From assembly GCA_001627865.1 (NCBI GenBank), contig LUQO01000013.1, forward strand, positions 44,714 to 108,713: a stretch of 64,000 nt of DNA. Reading direction: 5' to 3'. The position numbers and the translations under genes are program-made. Shown in pieces: positions 9,352 through 18,216 of this stretch (positions are counted from its first letter, which is position 1; the number at the start of each line of letters is the position of its first letter). Under the pieces are notes generated by a model that was given only the letters and a program-made list of their open reading frames with translations, did not search any database and was not told where the DNA came from. This DNA comes from SAR324 cluster bacterium REDSEA-S27_B3. Its GTDB lineage: Bacteria > SAR324 > NAC60-12.

Positions 9352-10481
9352 TGCGGTGGCGTTATCTAAGTGAAGACGGGGTATCCGACAGCTTCGGGCT
9401 TGCTGTTGACGAAGCAATGGCTATACGTGTTGGGGAGAAACTTTCACCTCCCATACTGCACCTCTACACCTATCGTTCCCACAGCGCCCTCGTTGGGCGT
9501 TTCCAGCGAATTGAAAATGAATTGAATCTTGATTTCTGTACACAACAGGAAATGTCCGTCAACCGTCGCCCCACCGGAGGCGGAGCAATCATGATGGGAG
9601 ATGACCAGCTCGGGGTGGCCTTGATGCTCAGGGAATGGAACGGATGCAGCACTCCCCGTGAACTGATGCTGAGCTTTGCCGCTGCTCTTAGTGAAGGACT
9701 CCGGAACTTTGGCATTGAAGCCCGGTTTCGCGGCAAGAACGATCTGGAAGTCGCGGGACGCAAAATCGGTGGTTTAGGTATCCACAGCAATGCATCCGGA
9801 GGATTTCTGCTGCACTGCTCACTTCTGGTGGATCTCGATGTGCCTTTGATGCTTAATGCCTTAAATGTTCCTGTGGAAAAACTGGAAGCCAGACAATTAA
9901 AGAGCATCGCCGGCAGAATCACTACAGTGCGCAGTGAGCTAAATGTGGACACATCACTGGACGAGGTACGTGATACAATTAAAAATGCATTTGCTTCGCA
10001 TTTCGGAATTGAGTTCGAGGAGAGCTGCTATTGTCCGGAGGAGAAAAAAGCGATTGCCAAAATGGAATCCTCAAAATACCTGAATCCGGAATGGATCTTC
10101 CAGAAAGTGGAGGTTCCGGATTTATCTGGAGAAGCCAGACAGATGACTCCCGGGGGGCTGCTTGATGTCAGGGTTACCATGGCAGGACGTCAGCTCAAGG
10201 CCGTTTTCCTGGGAGGAGATTTCTTCGCGGGAGAATCGGCAGTGGCAGATATAGAAGGCAGATTACGCTGGCATTCCAGTGACGCGAAAAAAATCCGCAA
10301 AACACTTGAGGTCATATATGCTGAACGGGAAGAGGAGCTTGCATTCCTTCCGCTGGATGGTGTCTGTGAAGTAATCAGTAAAGCTGTGGAAGCAGCCAGT
10401 GCTGTTACACAGGGCAACACCACTGCATACGGGTGTTTTGTCAATCCGGAAACAAATGATGCTGAACCTGTCCATCCCTGA
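9351..10481 (+). CDS. Lipoate(octanoate)-protein ligase, LplA family (sLpl(AB)-like)
   Basis: BPL/LplA catalytic-domain motifs RRPTGGGAIMMGDD and GRKIGGLG (conserved Lys). Start overlaps lbpA1 stop (TGATG). Confidence 0.75.
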   Translation: MRWRYLSEDGVSDSFGLAVDEAMAIRVGEKLSPPILHLYTYRSHSALVGRFQRIENELNLDFCTQQEMSVNRRPTGGGAIMMGDDQLGVALMLREWNGCSTPRELMLSFAAALSEGLRNFGIEARFRGKNDLEVAGRKIGGLGIHSNASGGFLLHCSLLVDLDVPLMLNALNVPVEKLEARQLKSIAGRITTVRSELNVDTSLDEVRDTIKNAFASHFGIEFEESCYCPEEKKAIAKMESSKYLNPEWIFQKVEVPDLSGEARQMTPGGLLDVRVTMAGRQLKAVFLGGDFFAGESAVADIEGRLRWHSSDAKKIRKTLEVIYAEREEELAFLPLDGVCEVISKAVEAASAVTQGNTTAYGCFVNPETNDAEPVHP

Positions 10482-11445
10482 AATCATTCCTCAAGCTCCG
10501 ATTCCGCCGGTATTGAAAGAAGGTCTGGAAATTCGCAGAAAGCATTTTCCGGATACCATTCGTTTTCATAATCCGGGATTAAGACGGCACCGCACCTCAG
10601 AGATCAGCTGTCAGCAGGTCCAGGAATTTGTTTCCATAAGTTTGACAGGAACACGATGCGCGCTTGACTGCAAGCACTGCGGAACCACTGTGCTTAGGGG
10701 AATGAGCGATCTTTCCAGGCACAATCAAAACCTGTTTGAACTTTGCTCAGAATTAGCAGGCAGGGGAACACGAGGGATACTTATTTCCGGAGGATGTGAC
10801 CGGCAGGGCAGGGTTCCGATACTGTCCCATCTTCCTGAGTTGATCAGGGTTCGAGAGGAGCTGGGTATGACCATCAGGGTCCACCCCGGACTGGCAGATG
10901 AGGAAACAGCCGCGGGACTTGCCGAACTTGATATCGACGGTGCAATGGTGGATATCATTGGCGATAACCGAACAATTCGTGAAGTTTATCACCTTGATGC
11001 TGACACCGAAGATTATGACTCCGCAATGGAACGCCTCAGCCGTCACGGTGTTCCGTTGGTACCCCATATCATCCTGGGGCTTCATTTTGGAAAAATGCTG
11101 GGGGAATGGAAGGCCCTTGAGATGACGGCAAAGTATCCGCTCAAGCTGCTTGTGCTGGTAATTCTTATGCCGCTGAACGGAACAGAAATGCAGAACGTCA
11201 GTCCGCCTTCTCTGGAGGAAATTGGGGATTTTTTTAATAATGCACGAAAGGCGCTTCCGCAAACAGAAATCATGCTCGGCTGTGCCAGGCCGCTCGGCCA
11301 TATCAAAAAGCAGGTTGACCGTCTGGCCATCGATGCCGGTCTGAACGGTATCGCATTTCCAGCGGATGGCACTCTTTCCTACGCGCGGCAGCGTGGACTT
11401 GAACCTGAGATAATTAATGCTTGCTGCGGAGTTAACTGGAATTGA
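10456..11445 (+). CDS. Radical SAM protein, LipS1/LipS2-type lipoyl synthase component
   Basis: CX3CX2C motif CALDCKHC near N-terminus. Start set at ATG 10456 (MMLNLSIPE) to minimise overlap with the ligase gene. Confidence 0.7.
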   Translation: MMLNLSIPEIIPQAPIPPVLKEGLEIRRKHFPDTIRFHNPGLRRHRTSEISCQQVQEFVSISLTGTRCALDCKHCGTTVLRGMSDLSRHNQNLFELCSELAGRGTRGILISGGCDRQGRVPILSHLPELIRVREELGMTIRVHPGLADEETAAGLAELDIDGAMVDIIGDNRTIREVYHLDADTEDYDSAMERLSRHGVPLVPHIILGLHFGKMLGEWKALEMTAKYPLKLLVLVILMPLNGTEMQNVSPPSLEEIGDFFNNARKALPQTEIMLGCARPLGHIKKQVDRLAIDAGLNGIAFPADGTLSYARQRGLEPEIINACCGVNWN

Positions 11446-11503
11446 AAATAAACCTTATGATAAAAGTAAAACGTGAGGTAAAACAAACCGTAAATGATTT
11501 AAT

Positions 11504-12613
11504 ATGAACACTCATTCTGCTAGTGAAGTTAAATTGGACGAAGCATCCCGCATCAGCCCGGATTATGTGCGCATCAGCATGGCGGCAGCCATCGAGCTGG
11601 GACTCAAGCCGGGGCGTATTAACGGATGCAGCTGTAACTGCATAAACTTGCTGCAGAATTATCCTCAGGGATGTTATGCCAATTGTACCTATTGCGGACT
11701 GGCCAGGGAACGTCCCGGAGCGGCGCAAGATAACTCCTTCATCCGCGTGGGCTGGCCTCTATTCCCAACCGATCTGGTCGCGGAAAAAATTGCTGAACTT
11801 GAGAACAGGAAGGGGGTAGGGCGTGTCTGTGTGGCACAGGTACAGGATCATCGTGCAAACAGGGACCTGGTTGATATGACTTCAAGAGTACGTCGTAAGT
11901 CTCCGGAAGTTCCTATTTCTGCGCTTGTAACGGCCACCCTGCTCAACGATGACTGGCTGTCGCGAATAAAGGATGCCGGGGCGGACATCATTGGGGTGGG
12001 GCTGGACGCCGCTTCGGAAGAACTTTTCTATAGTACCAGAGGAAAGGGTACTAAAGGGCCTCATGAGTGGAAGAAGCACTGGAGGATCATACGCAAGGCC
12101 CGTGAGATGTTTGGTCCGATGAAAGTCAACTGCCACCTGATATTAGGACTGGGTGAAACTGACAGGGATTTGGTTGAGATGTTTCACTTGCTAAAGTCTG
12201 AACAGATAGCAGCTTACCTCTTTTCCTTCAATCCGGAACCGGGAACTGTGATGGAATGTGCCCCAAGGATTCAAATCGCCAGAACCCGCAGGATTCAGCT
12301 GGTAAAGAATTTGATTGAAGAGCACGACCTTCTGGAATCCGCGTTAGAATTCGATGAATCCGGGGCCATCAGAACGATTGATGCTCCAAGGGAACTGCTG
12401 GAACGTGTTACCCAAAATGGATTAGCATTCATGACAGACGGTTGTCCGGATCGGCAGGGTGAAATGGCCTGCAACCGGCCCTATGGTTCCTACCGTCCCG
12501 GTGAGGAATTCCGCGACTATCCATTCCTTCCGAAAGATGAAGACCTGAGAGTGATCCGTGTTGAAATGAAGCTCAATGAGGTCGTCAAACCGACCGAAAG
12601 CGCAGTTGCCTGA
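11504..12613 (+). CDS. Radical SAM protein, LipS1/LipS2-type lipoyl synthase component (second paralog)
   Basis: CX3CX2C motif CYANCTYC plus additional N-terminal cysteines (CSCNC), consistent with an auxiliary cluster. Tandem with the first radical-SAM gene. Confidence 0.7.
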   Translation: MNTHSASEVKLDEASRISPDYVRISMAAAIELGLKPGRINGCSCNCINLLQNYPQGCYANCTYCGLARERPGAAQDNSFIRVGWPLFPTDLVAEKIAELENRKGVGRVCVAQVQDHRANRDLVDMTSRVRRKSPEVPISALVTATLLNDDWLSRIKDAGADIIGVGLDAASEELFYSTRGKGTKGPHEWKKHWRIIRKAREMFGPMKVNCHLILGLGETDRDLVEMFHLLKSEQIAAYLFSFNPEPGTVMECAPRIQIARTRRIQLVKNLIEEHDLLESALEFDESGAIRTIDAPRELLERVTQNGLAFMTDGCPDRQGEMACNRPYGSYRPGEEFRDYPFLPKDEDLRVIRVEMKLNEVVKPTESAVA

Positions 12614-13568
12614 ATCTTCAATCAGGCTGATCCGTGCCGGTCGTCTGGAACCGGGACTTACGCAGGGGCTGTATCACAGCCTGGCGAGGGGGATGACTGA
12701 ATCTTCTGATGACACAATCACCCTCTGCAGTCCCTCATCACCTTATCTTTGCATCGGTTACCACCAGGTTCTTGAATCGGTGCTGGACATTAATGTTTGC
12801 CGGGAACTGAACCTGCCCATCCTGCGCCGGCATCTCGGTGGAGGAACGACCTACCTCGACAGCAACCAGATTTTCTACCAGTGCATCTTCCACAACAGCA
12901 GAGTTCCAGCGCGAACCGATTTGGTTTACCAGATGATGCTTGGTGCACCAGTGCTGTTACTGAACCGGATGGGACTCCGAGGGAGACTGCGCGCGGTGAA
13001 TGAAGTGGAAGCTAACTCAGTACGTGTTGCGGGAATTGGCGGCGGACGTGTGGGGGAGGCGATGGTCGTGGTTGGTAATCTCCTGCTGGATTTTGACTAC
13101 AATGTCATGAGCCGTGTCTGGAAAACTCCTGATCCTTTATTCCGAAAACTTGCTCAGGAAACCATGCAGGAACGTGTCGGCACACTGAACCGTATGGGCA
13201 TTTCGCAGACACATGAATCCATTGATCTGCTTCTGGCAAAAGCTTTCACGGACAGCCTTGAACGTTCTCTTGAGGAATCAGAACCGGAAAAACATGAAAT
13301 AGAAGCTGCGGAAGAAACCGCCCGCGATCTTGCCTCGCATGAATTCCTCTCACTGCACCGTCCCTCAGGCTCCGTGCTGCCCATGAAATCCCTTAAAATT
13401 TCAGCGGATGTTTTTATACATCAGCGTCGTGTCTGCTTAGATGATCAGCAGCTGGATGTGGCCGTCCGCGCAGATAATGGCATCATCACTGATTTGAAAA
13501 CCGACACAAAGCAATCAAAGAAATTAAGGGAACTTATGATGGGTACTTCCTTGTCAGAGTGGAATTAA
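12576..13568 (+). CDS. Second LplA/BPL-family paralog (possibly non-catalytic or octanoyltransferase-like)
   Basis: RRHLGGGTTYLD motif of the BPL_LplA_LipB domain. The GRKI-Gly lysine position appears as SVRVAGIGGG (no Lys). Start uncertain: ATG 12576 overlaps upstream gene by 38 nt; TTG 12608 is an alternative. Confidence 0.5.
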   Translation: MRSSNRPKAQLPESSIRLIRAGRLEPGLTQGLYHSLARGMTESSDDTITLCSPSSPYLCIGYHQVLESVLDINVCRELNLPILRRHLGGGTTYLDSNQIFYQCIFHNSRVPARTDLVYQMMLGAPVLLLNRMGLRGRLRAVNEVEANSVRVAGIGGGRVGEAMVVVGNLLLDFDYNVMSRVWKTPDPLFRKLAQETMQERVGTLNRMGISQTHESIDLLLAKAFTDSLERSLEESEPEKHEIEAAEETARDLASHEFLSLHRPSGSVLPMKSLKISADVFIHQRRVCLDDQQLDVAVRADNGIITDLKTDTKQSKKLRELMMGTSLSEWN

Positions 13569-13823
13569 AACAAGCCTGGAGAAGTTACTGAGCCAGTCTG
13601 GACATAAACTTACAAATTCAGCTGGCCATATCGGTAAAGAACGAAGGAGATGTTTCGCTCCTTTTGTATCTGGTATATAGATTGGAAAGAGAATTTGTGA
13701 TTGATATTTACGGTGTTAAACTGGGAATGATTTTTTCAGCCAAAAAAGCTTTGTCAGCTCATATTTGTTTCATGCAGAATTCGTGATTCCTCGGAAGACA
13801 ACTGAGTAATCTGAAAGGCATCT

Positions 13824-15548
13824 ATGTCAAGGTCAGGTCTTTTGCTGTTCGTGATCGTTTCAGTTACTGTGCTGTCGGTGATTGTCTGGTTTGTCGGCGA
13901 TTCAAAAGCAGAATTTGGATCTGTATGGAATAACTGGAGACCGTTAGGAAAGTCGGCGAATTTTGAAGTCCGCTATCGAGCGCAAATTCAACCGCAGAAA
14001 GGTGCGAAAACTTCATTATTAATTACCGCGACTTCTGATCTGCACGGAACACTTACTTCAACCCGCTTGCTACAACGAACACGACCTGGGGGACTGCTTC
14101 ATCTGGCAGCAATCCTGAAAAAATTGCGAGAAGCACATCCGGAACTGATTATGCTTGATGCCGGAGACACACTTCAAGGCGATCCCTCCAGTTATTATTT
14201 CAGTCATGTTGCGCCTGAATATTCCAGGCCGCTTCCTGTAATTGAAGTTATGAACCATTTAAAATATGACGCACTTGCTCTTGGCAACCATGATTTTGAA
14301 CCACCTATCAGAATATTAAAACAGAACATCGTGCAATCTCGTTTCACCTGGCTTGCGGCTAATGTTAGAATTCAAAAGGCCAGCAACCCTCTCTTTCCAC
14401 CATACAAAGTATTTGAAAGGGCTGGAGTACGTGTTGGAGTCATTGGCATGATCACTCCCGGAGTTCCCCTATGGATTGATCAGGAAAAACACAAAGGACT
14501 TATATTTGATGACATGCTTGAAACCGCAAAGAGATGGGTAAAAGTATTGAGGGAAAAGGAAAAAATCGATTTTTTGATTGGCTTATTTCACAGCGGGGAC
14601 AACACAGGTTACGATCTGAAAATTGCTGCGGAGAGAAATTTACCCCCTCCAAATGCAGCGGGAATGATTGCGGATTATTTGCCGGAGTTTGATCTGATTA
14701 TTTCGGGACACGCACACAGGCTAAGTCCCAATCGCCGCACTGTCTATCTGAAAGGCCACCAGACCCCACTGATTTCTCCCGGAACCAGGGCTCAGGGACT
14801 TAGCACAGTTAAAGTCAATTTCAGGGAACACTCAGGACATTGGAAAGTATCCGGAATGATTTATGATTACATAAAGGCAGAAGCGCTTCCAGATAAGTTA
14901 TTGATGTTAATAATTGAACCTCGTTTGAAAGAGGTGGAAAAATATTTGAGTCAGAAAACATCATTATTATTAAGAAGATTTCCTCGGAAGAAAGAACTGC
15001 TTGCGTGTGGAGCAGACCTATCTCACGCTGTACTCAAAGATTCAGCTGAGGCAACACATTCATTGCTTCCATTTTGGAGGCATTGGGGGAAACTGCCGAA
15101 AAGTGATCTTGGCAAGCCTCTTCTGCGGGAACATTTTTTTCGCTTGCTGCCTTATGATAATACTTTGGTGCAGGTTGGTCTTTATGGCAGACAGATAGAA
15201 ATTTTGCTGGAACCCTACCGACGGCGTCAGCTAGGACGATACGCGCGAAGCAGCACGGTTCTTGCTCCGGGAGGTATTGTTGCTGAGCCGGACAGAACCC
15301 AGAATGATCAAAAACTTCTGTTATCAACAATGAATGGAAAGCAGCTGAAACAAGAAAAAATTTATCCGGTCTGGATGACAAATTATCACTGGAATGGAGG
15401 CGGAGGCACGGCAGCCAAAGCACTGTTGAATCAGTCACAATTGTTAAGCTCTAATGCTGTTCATCTGCGGGAACAGATTTTTCAGCATCTCAGCAATCCA
15501 TCAGTAATGCTGCCTGAAAACTGCAGTTCATTTCTAAGTTTACCCTGA
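13824..15548 (+). CDS. Membrane-anchored 5'-nucleotidase/metallophosphoesterase family protein (UshA/SoxB superfamily)
   Basis: N-terminal TM helix. Metallophosphatase motifs TSDLHG, DAGDTLQG, GNHDFE. Confidence 0.65.
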   Translation: MSRSGLLLFVIVSVTVLSVIVWFVGDSKAEFGSVWNNWRPLGKSANFEVRYRAQIQPQKGAKTSLLITATSDLHGTLTSTRLLQRTRPGGLLHLAAILKKLREAHPELIMLDAGDTLQGDPSSYYFSHVAPEYSRPLPVIEVMNHLKYDALALGNHDFEPPIRILKQNIVQSRFTWLAANVRIQKASNPLFPPYKVFERAGVRVGVIGMITPGVPLWIDQEKHKGLIFDDMLETAKRWVKVLREKEKIDFLIGLFHSGDNTGYDLKIAAERNLPPPNAAGMIADYLPEFDLIISGHAHRLSPNRRTVYLKGHQTPLISPGTRAQGLSTVKVNFREHSGHWKVSGMIYDYIKAEALPDKLLMLIIEPRLKEVEKYLSQKTSLLLRRFPRKKELLACGADLSHAVLKDSAEATHSLLPFWRHWGKLPKSDLGKPLLREHFFRLLPYDNTLVQVGLYGRQIEILLEPYRRRQLGRYARSSTVLAPGGIVAEPDRTQNDQKLLLSTMNGKQLKQEKIYPVWMTNYHWNGGGGTAAKALLNQSQLLSSNAVHLREQIFQHLSNPSVMLPENCSSFLSLP

Positions 15549-15633
15549 TGATGTTACTTTCATTTTTCATTGGCTGGAAAGTATGAAGAAAATATATTAA
15601 CATTTGCAATGTAAGCTGACACAAAGGAGTAAA

Positions 15634-15933
15634 ATGGCTGTAGCAGAAAAAGGAGTCTATATATATGCAAATCTGCTGGACATAAATAAGGACGGCAGAA
15701 TAGATATGATTTCCTTCCTTGATCCTCAGGGACGTGGCATTGCTGTGGCAGTTGACCGCGAAAGCAACGGTTTAATGGATCAGATTCACGTTTTTCAGGA
15801 TGTGACGGGGGACGGGAAACTTGACATGGATGATAAACTTCTGATTGAACGTGAGGCAATAAAACTATTCAAACAGAAAGACTTGAAAGAGGGGCAGCTG
15901 AAGCTTTTTATTGAAGATGCCGGTTACGGCTGA
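15634..15933 (+). CDS. Small EF-hand-like calcium-binding protein
   Basis: RBS AAAGGAG 8 nt upstream of ATG 15634. Two EF-hand-like loops, DINKDGRIDM and DVTGDGKLDMDD. Confidence 0.4.
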   Translation: MAVAEKGVYIYANLLDINKDGRIDMISFLDPQGRGIAVAVDRESNGLMDQIHVFQDVTGDGKLDMDDKLLIEREAIKLFKQKDLKEGQLKLFIEDAGYG

Positions 15934-15938
15934 ACTAT

Positions 15939-16292
15939 TCAGTCAGCAGTTTTGCCGAATGTGGGGATATTGGCCCGTGAAGGCAAGTGGGTTACATAGC
16001 ACCCCGCCGGTGCCGGACGGTACGTTTTCTCTTTGCACTTATCTTTCTGGTTGAATTTTCGCCTGAGACGATAATTGGTTATCTGCATTGCCCTGTAAAG
16101 CTTTTTGCTCATTATGAAATGATGTTTGCGGTTACAGTCGCTGATTTTAAAGTAGTCTGTGTAGCGTCTGCATTCATTTGCCTCCGGAAGTTTTTCATAA
16201 ACATAAACTTTCTGTTCAGAACATCCTGACAGAACAATTGCACCCAGCAAAACAGTAATCATTAATAAATTTAATGTTCGAAGGAATTTCAT
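15939..16292 (-). CDS. Hypothetical lipoprotein
   Basis: Signal peptide with lipobox LSGC; no recognisable domain. Confidence 0.35.
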   Translation of the reverse strand: MKFLRTLNLLMITVLLGAIVLSGCSEQKVYVYEKLPEANECRRYTDYFKISDCNRKHHFIMSKKLYRAMQITNYRLRRKFNQKDKCKEKTYRPAPAGCYVTHLPSRANIPTFGKTAD

Positions 16293-16634
16293 TTTGTACT
16301 GTTGGAATCTGCTGACAGAGCATTTATTTTCATACTGGGAAACTGAATGAGGGCTGATAATTTAAATGTCATTCTGCATAACATGTCACATAATCCTGAT
16401 GACTGGAAACTTGACAAATATCATGCCTTACACAAAAGTGGTGTAAAGATCTGGATTGGCAATGGTTTATACAGCTACCATATTGAAAAACCTGAATATC
16501 AGGAGTTGGGTTTGATTGAGCGTTTCAGGCTGCATAAACAAATAAAACTGCTGACTGATAATAATTGCTCTGCATCCTGAATGAATCCGCAGAACTCAAA
16601 TCTCGCAACAGTTCATACCTTGGATTAAAACTGA

Positions 16635-18047
16635 TTATTTTTCTGCGGCACACCTGAAACCAACGTTATTGAAGGTGCTTGTAGGCAGGGCATCGCGTCG
16701 CATGGCACTGCGTAAATATTCCGGCGGATCATTCCATGAGCCTCCGCGCATCACCCTGTATTTGCCCATTTCAGGGCCTTGCGGATTTGTGGCATTGTCA
16801 GTTTTATATACTCCGAACCAGTCAAAGACCCATTCCCAGGCATTCCCATGGATGTCGAAAAGTCCATTAGGATTGCTCAGTTTTTGCGCGGTCGTGTGAA
16901 CTAGTCCTCCGGAGTTTTCACGAAACCATCCGTAATCAGGCAAAAATTCAACGCCGCCTTCAATTGAATATTTTCCCTCAATTCCTGCTTTTGCAGCCAT
17001 TTCCCACTCGGCCTCAGAAGCCAGTCTTTTGCCGACAAAGCTGCAGTAATGCCGTGCCGCGTACCAGGAAACATGTGTGACAGGTTTCAGCTCACTCCTT
17101 AATTCAGGCATTAGGTCATCCTGCCAGTTACGCAGATAATTGCCGTCATGATATTTACGAGGGAATGTGCTTTTCCGCAGAAAAGGGTGTTTTGCCACAA
17201 CCTGTAAAAACTGGTAATTTGTAACTTCACATTTGTCTATCCAGAACTCGTCCACCTCCACTTGATGAACAGGACGTTCAGATGGGAGTCCGTCATCACT
17301 TCCCATGTTAAATTTTCCGGGATCAATCAATATCATTTCAGGGTTTTCAGCTTTTTTGCTGCCGTCTTCAACAAAGCCGCATAGTGTTTCCAAATCTTTT
17401 TTTTCAATAGTGGAAAGTACTTGTTCTTCCGGAAACAATTTTTTTTCCAGATTTTGCAGCAGGTATTTGTATGTGTTTAGTATTTCGCGGTCGAAATTTG
17501 TAACACGTTTGATCATCTTGCGTTCATCGTATCCGCATCTGAATTTATCCTTAAGACAATTCAGCTTTTGCCTGATCCAGACACGTACTGCATCTCTGGC
17601 CCTTTGTCTTTCTATTTCGTGCAGTAATTCTTTTTCAGCATTCAGATAAACTTTTTCAAACAGAGAAGTGTTTATAAGGCTGCTTTTTGCCAGCTCCACT
17701 AGCGCGTCATAATCTTTACAGAATTTTGTTTGATCCTCCGGAACAGCAATTCCATAAGTTCTGTTGCGGGAACAGGCTTTTGTTTCAACTTTGCGGTTGA
17801 TTCCAAGTTTTTCCGCGAACACACGGTAGCGCAGTTCCGAGATTGCGTGCATCAGAGGGTAGCGCTCTCCTTTAATGGTAAATCCGATGAAATCTGAAAT
17901 TGCACCTTGCTGAAACTCTTTTACCATTTTTTGAAAACTCTGCATTTCAGCCCAGACGAAATGGAAGCTCAGCAAAATTCCCAGCGCAAAGAGAGCCACT
18001 GTGAATCTTCTGGGGCTTATTGAAAACTTTTTGATTAATAATTTCAT
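16635..18047 (-). CDS. Formylglycine-generating-enzyme (FGE-sulfatase) domain protein with ~220-aa N-terminal extension
   Basis: C-terminal half carries FGE/SUMF1/EgtB-like motifs (GSDDG...RPVHQV, HVSWYAARHYC, RVMRGGSW). N-terminal signal/TM segment. Confidence 0.7.
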   Translation of the reverse strand: MKLLIKKFSISPRRFTVALFALGILLSFHFVWAEMQSFQKMVKEFQQGAISDFIGFTIKGERYPLMHAISELRYRVFAEKLGINRKVETKACSRNRTYGIAVPEDQTKFCKDYDALVELAKSSLINTSLFEKVYLNAEKELLHEIERQRARDAVRVWIRQKLNCLKDKFRCGYDERKMIKRVTNFDREILNTYKYLLQNLEKKLFPEEQVLSTIEKKDLETLCGFVEDGSKKAENPEMILIDPGKFNMGSDDGLPSERPVHQVEVDEFWIDKCEVTNYQFLQVVAKHPFLRKSTFPRKYHDGNYLRNWQDDLMPELRSELKPVTHVSWYAARHYCSFVGKRLASEAEWEMAAKAGIEGKYSIEGGVEFLPDYGWFRENSGGLVHTTAQKLSNPNGLFDIHGNAWEWVFDWFGVYKTDNATNPQGPEMGKYRVMRGGSWNDPPEYLRSAMRRDALPTSTFNNVGFRCAAEK

Positions 18048-18216
18048 GAGACTGTTTGTCTGAAAAAAAACTGGAAGCTCAGCAGAAACAAAGTAAAATT
18101 AAAGGTTGCCGAACCTTCCCTGAAGACAGTTAAACAGCAAAGCAATCGATATTCCATCTCTGACGCCAAACCATATTGGGTTTCATTTTCTACTCATTTA
18201 GTACAATTGTAAATTC

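Noticed and set aside
16347-16580. 77-aa plus-strand ORF between the lipoprotein and FGE genes
   Set aside because: No domain and no convincing RBS; could be real, but unsupported.
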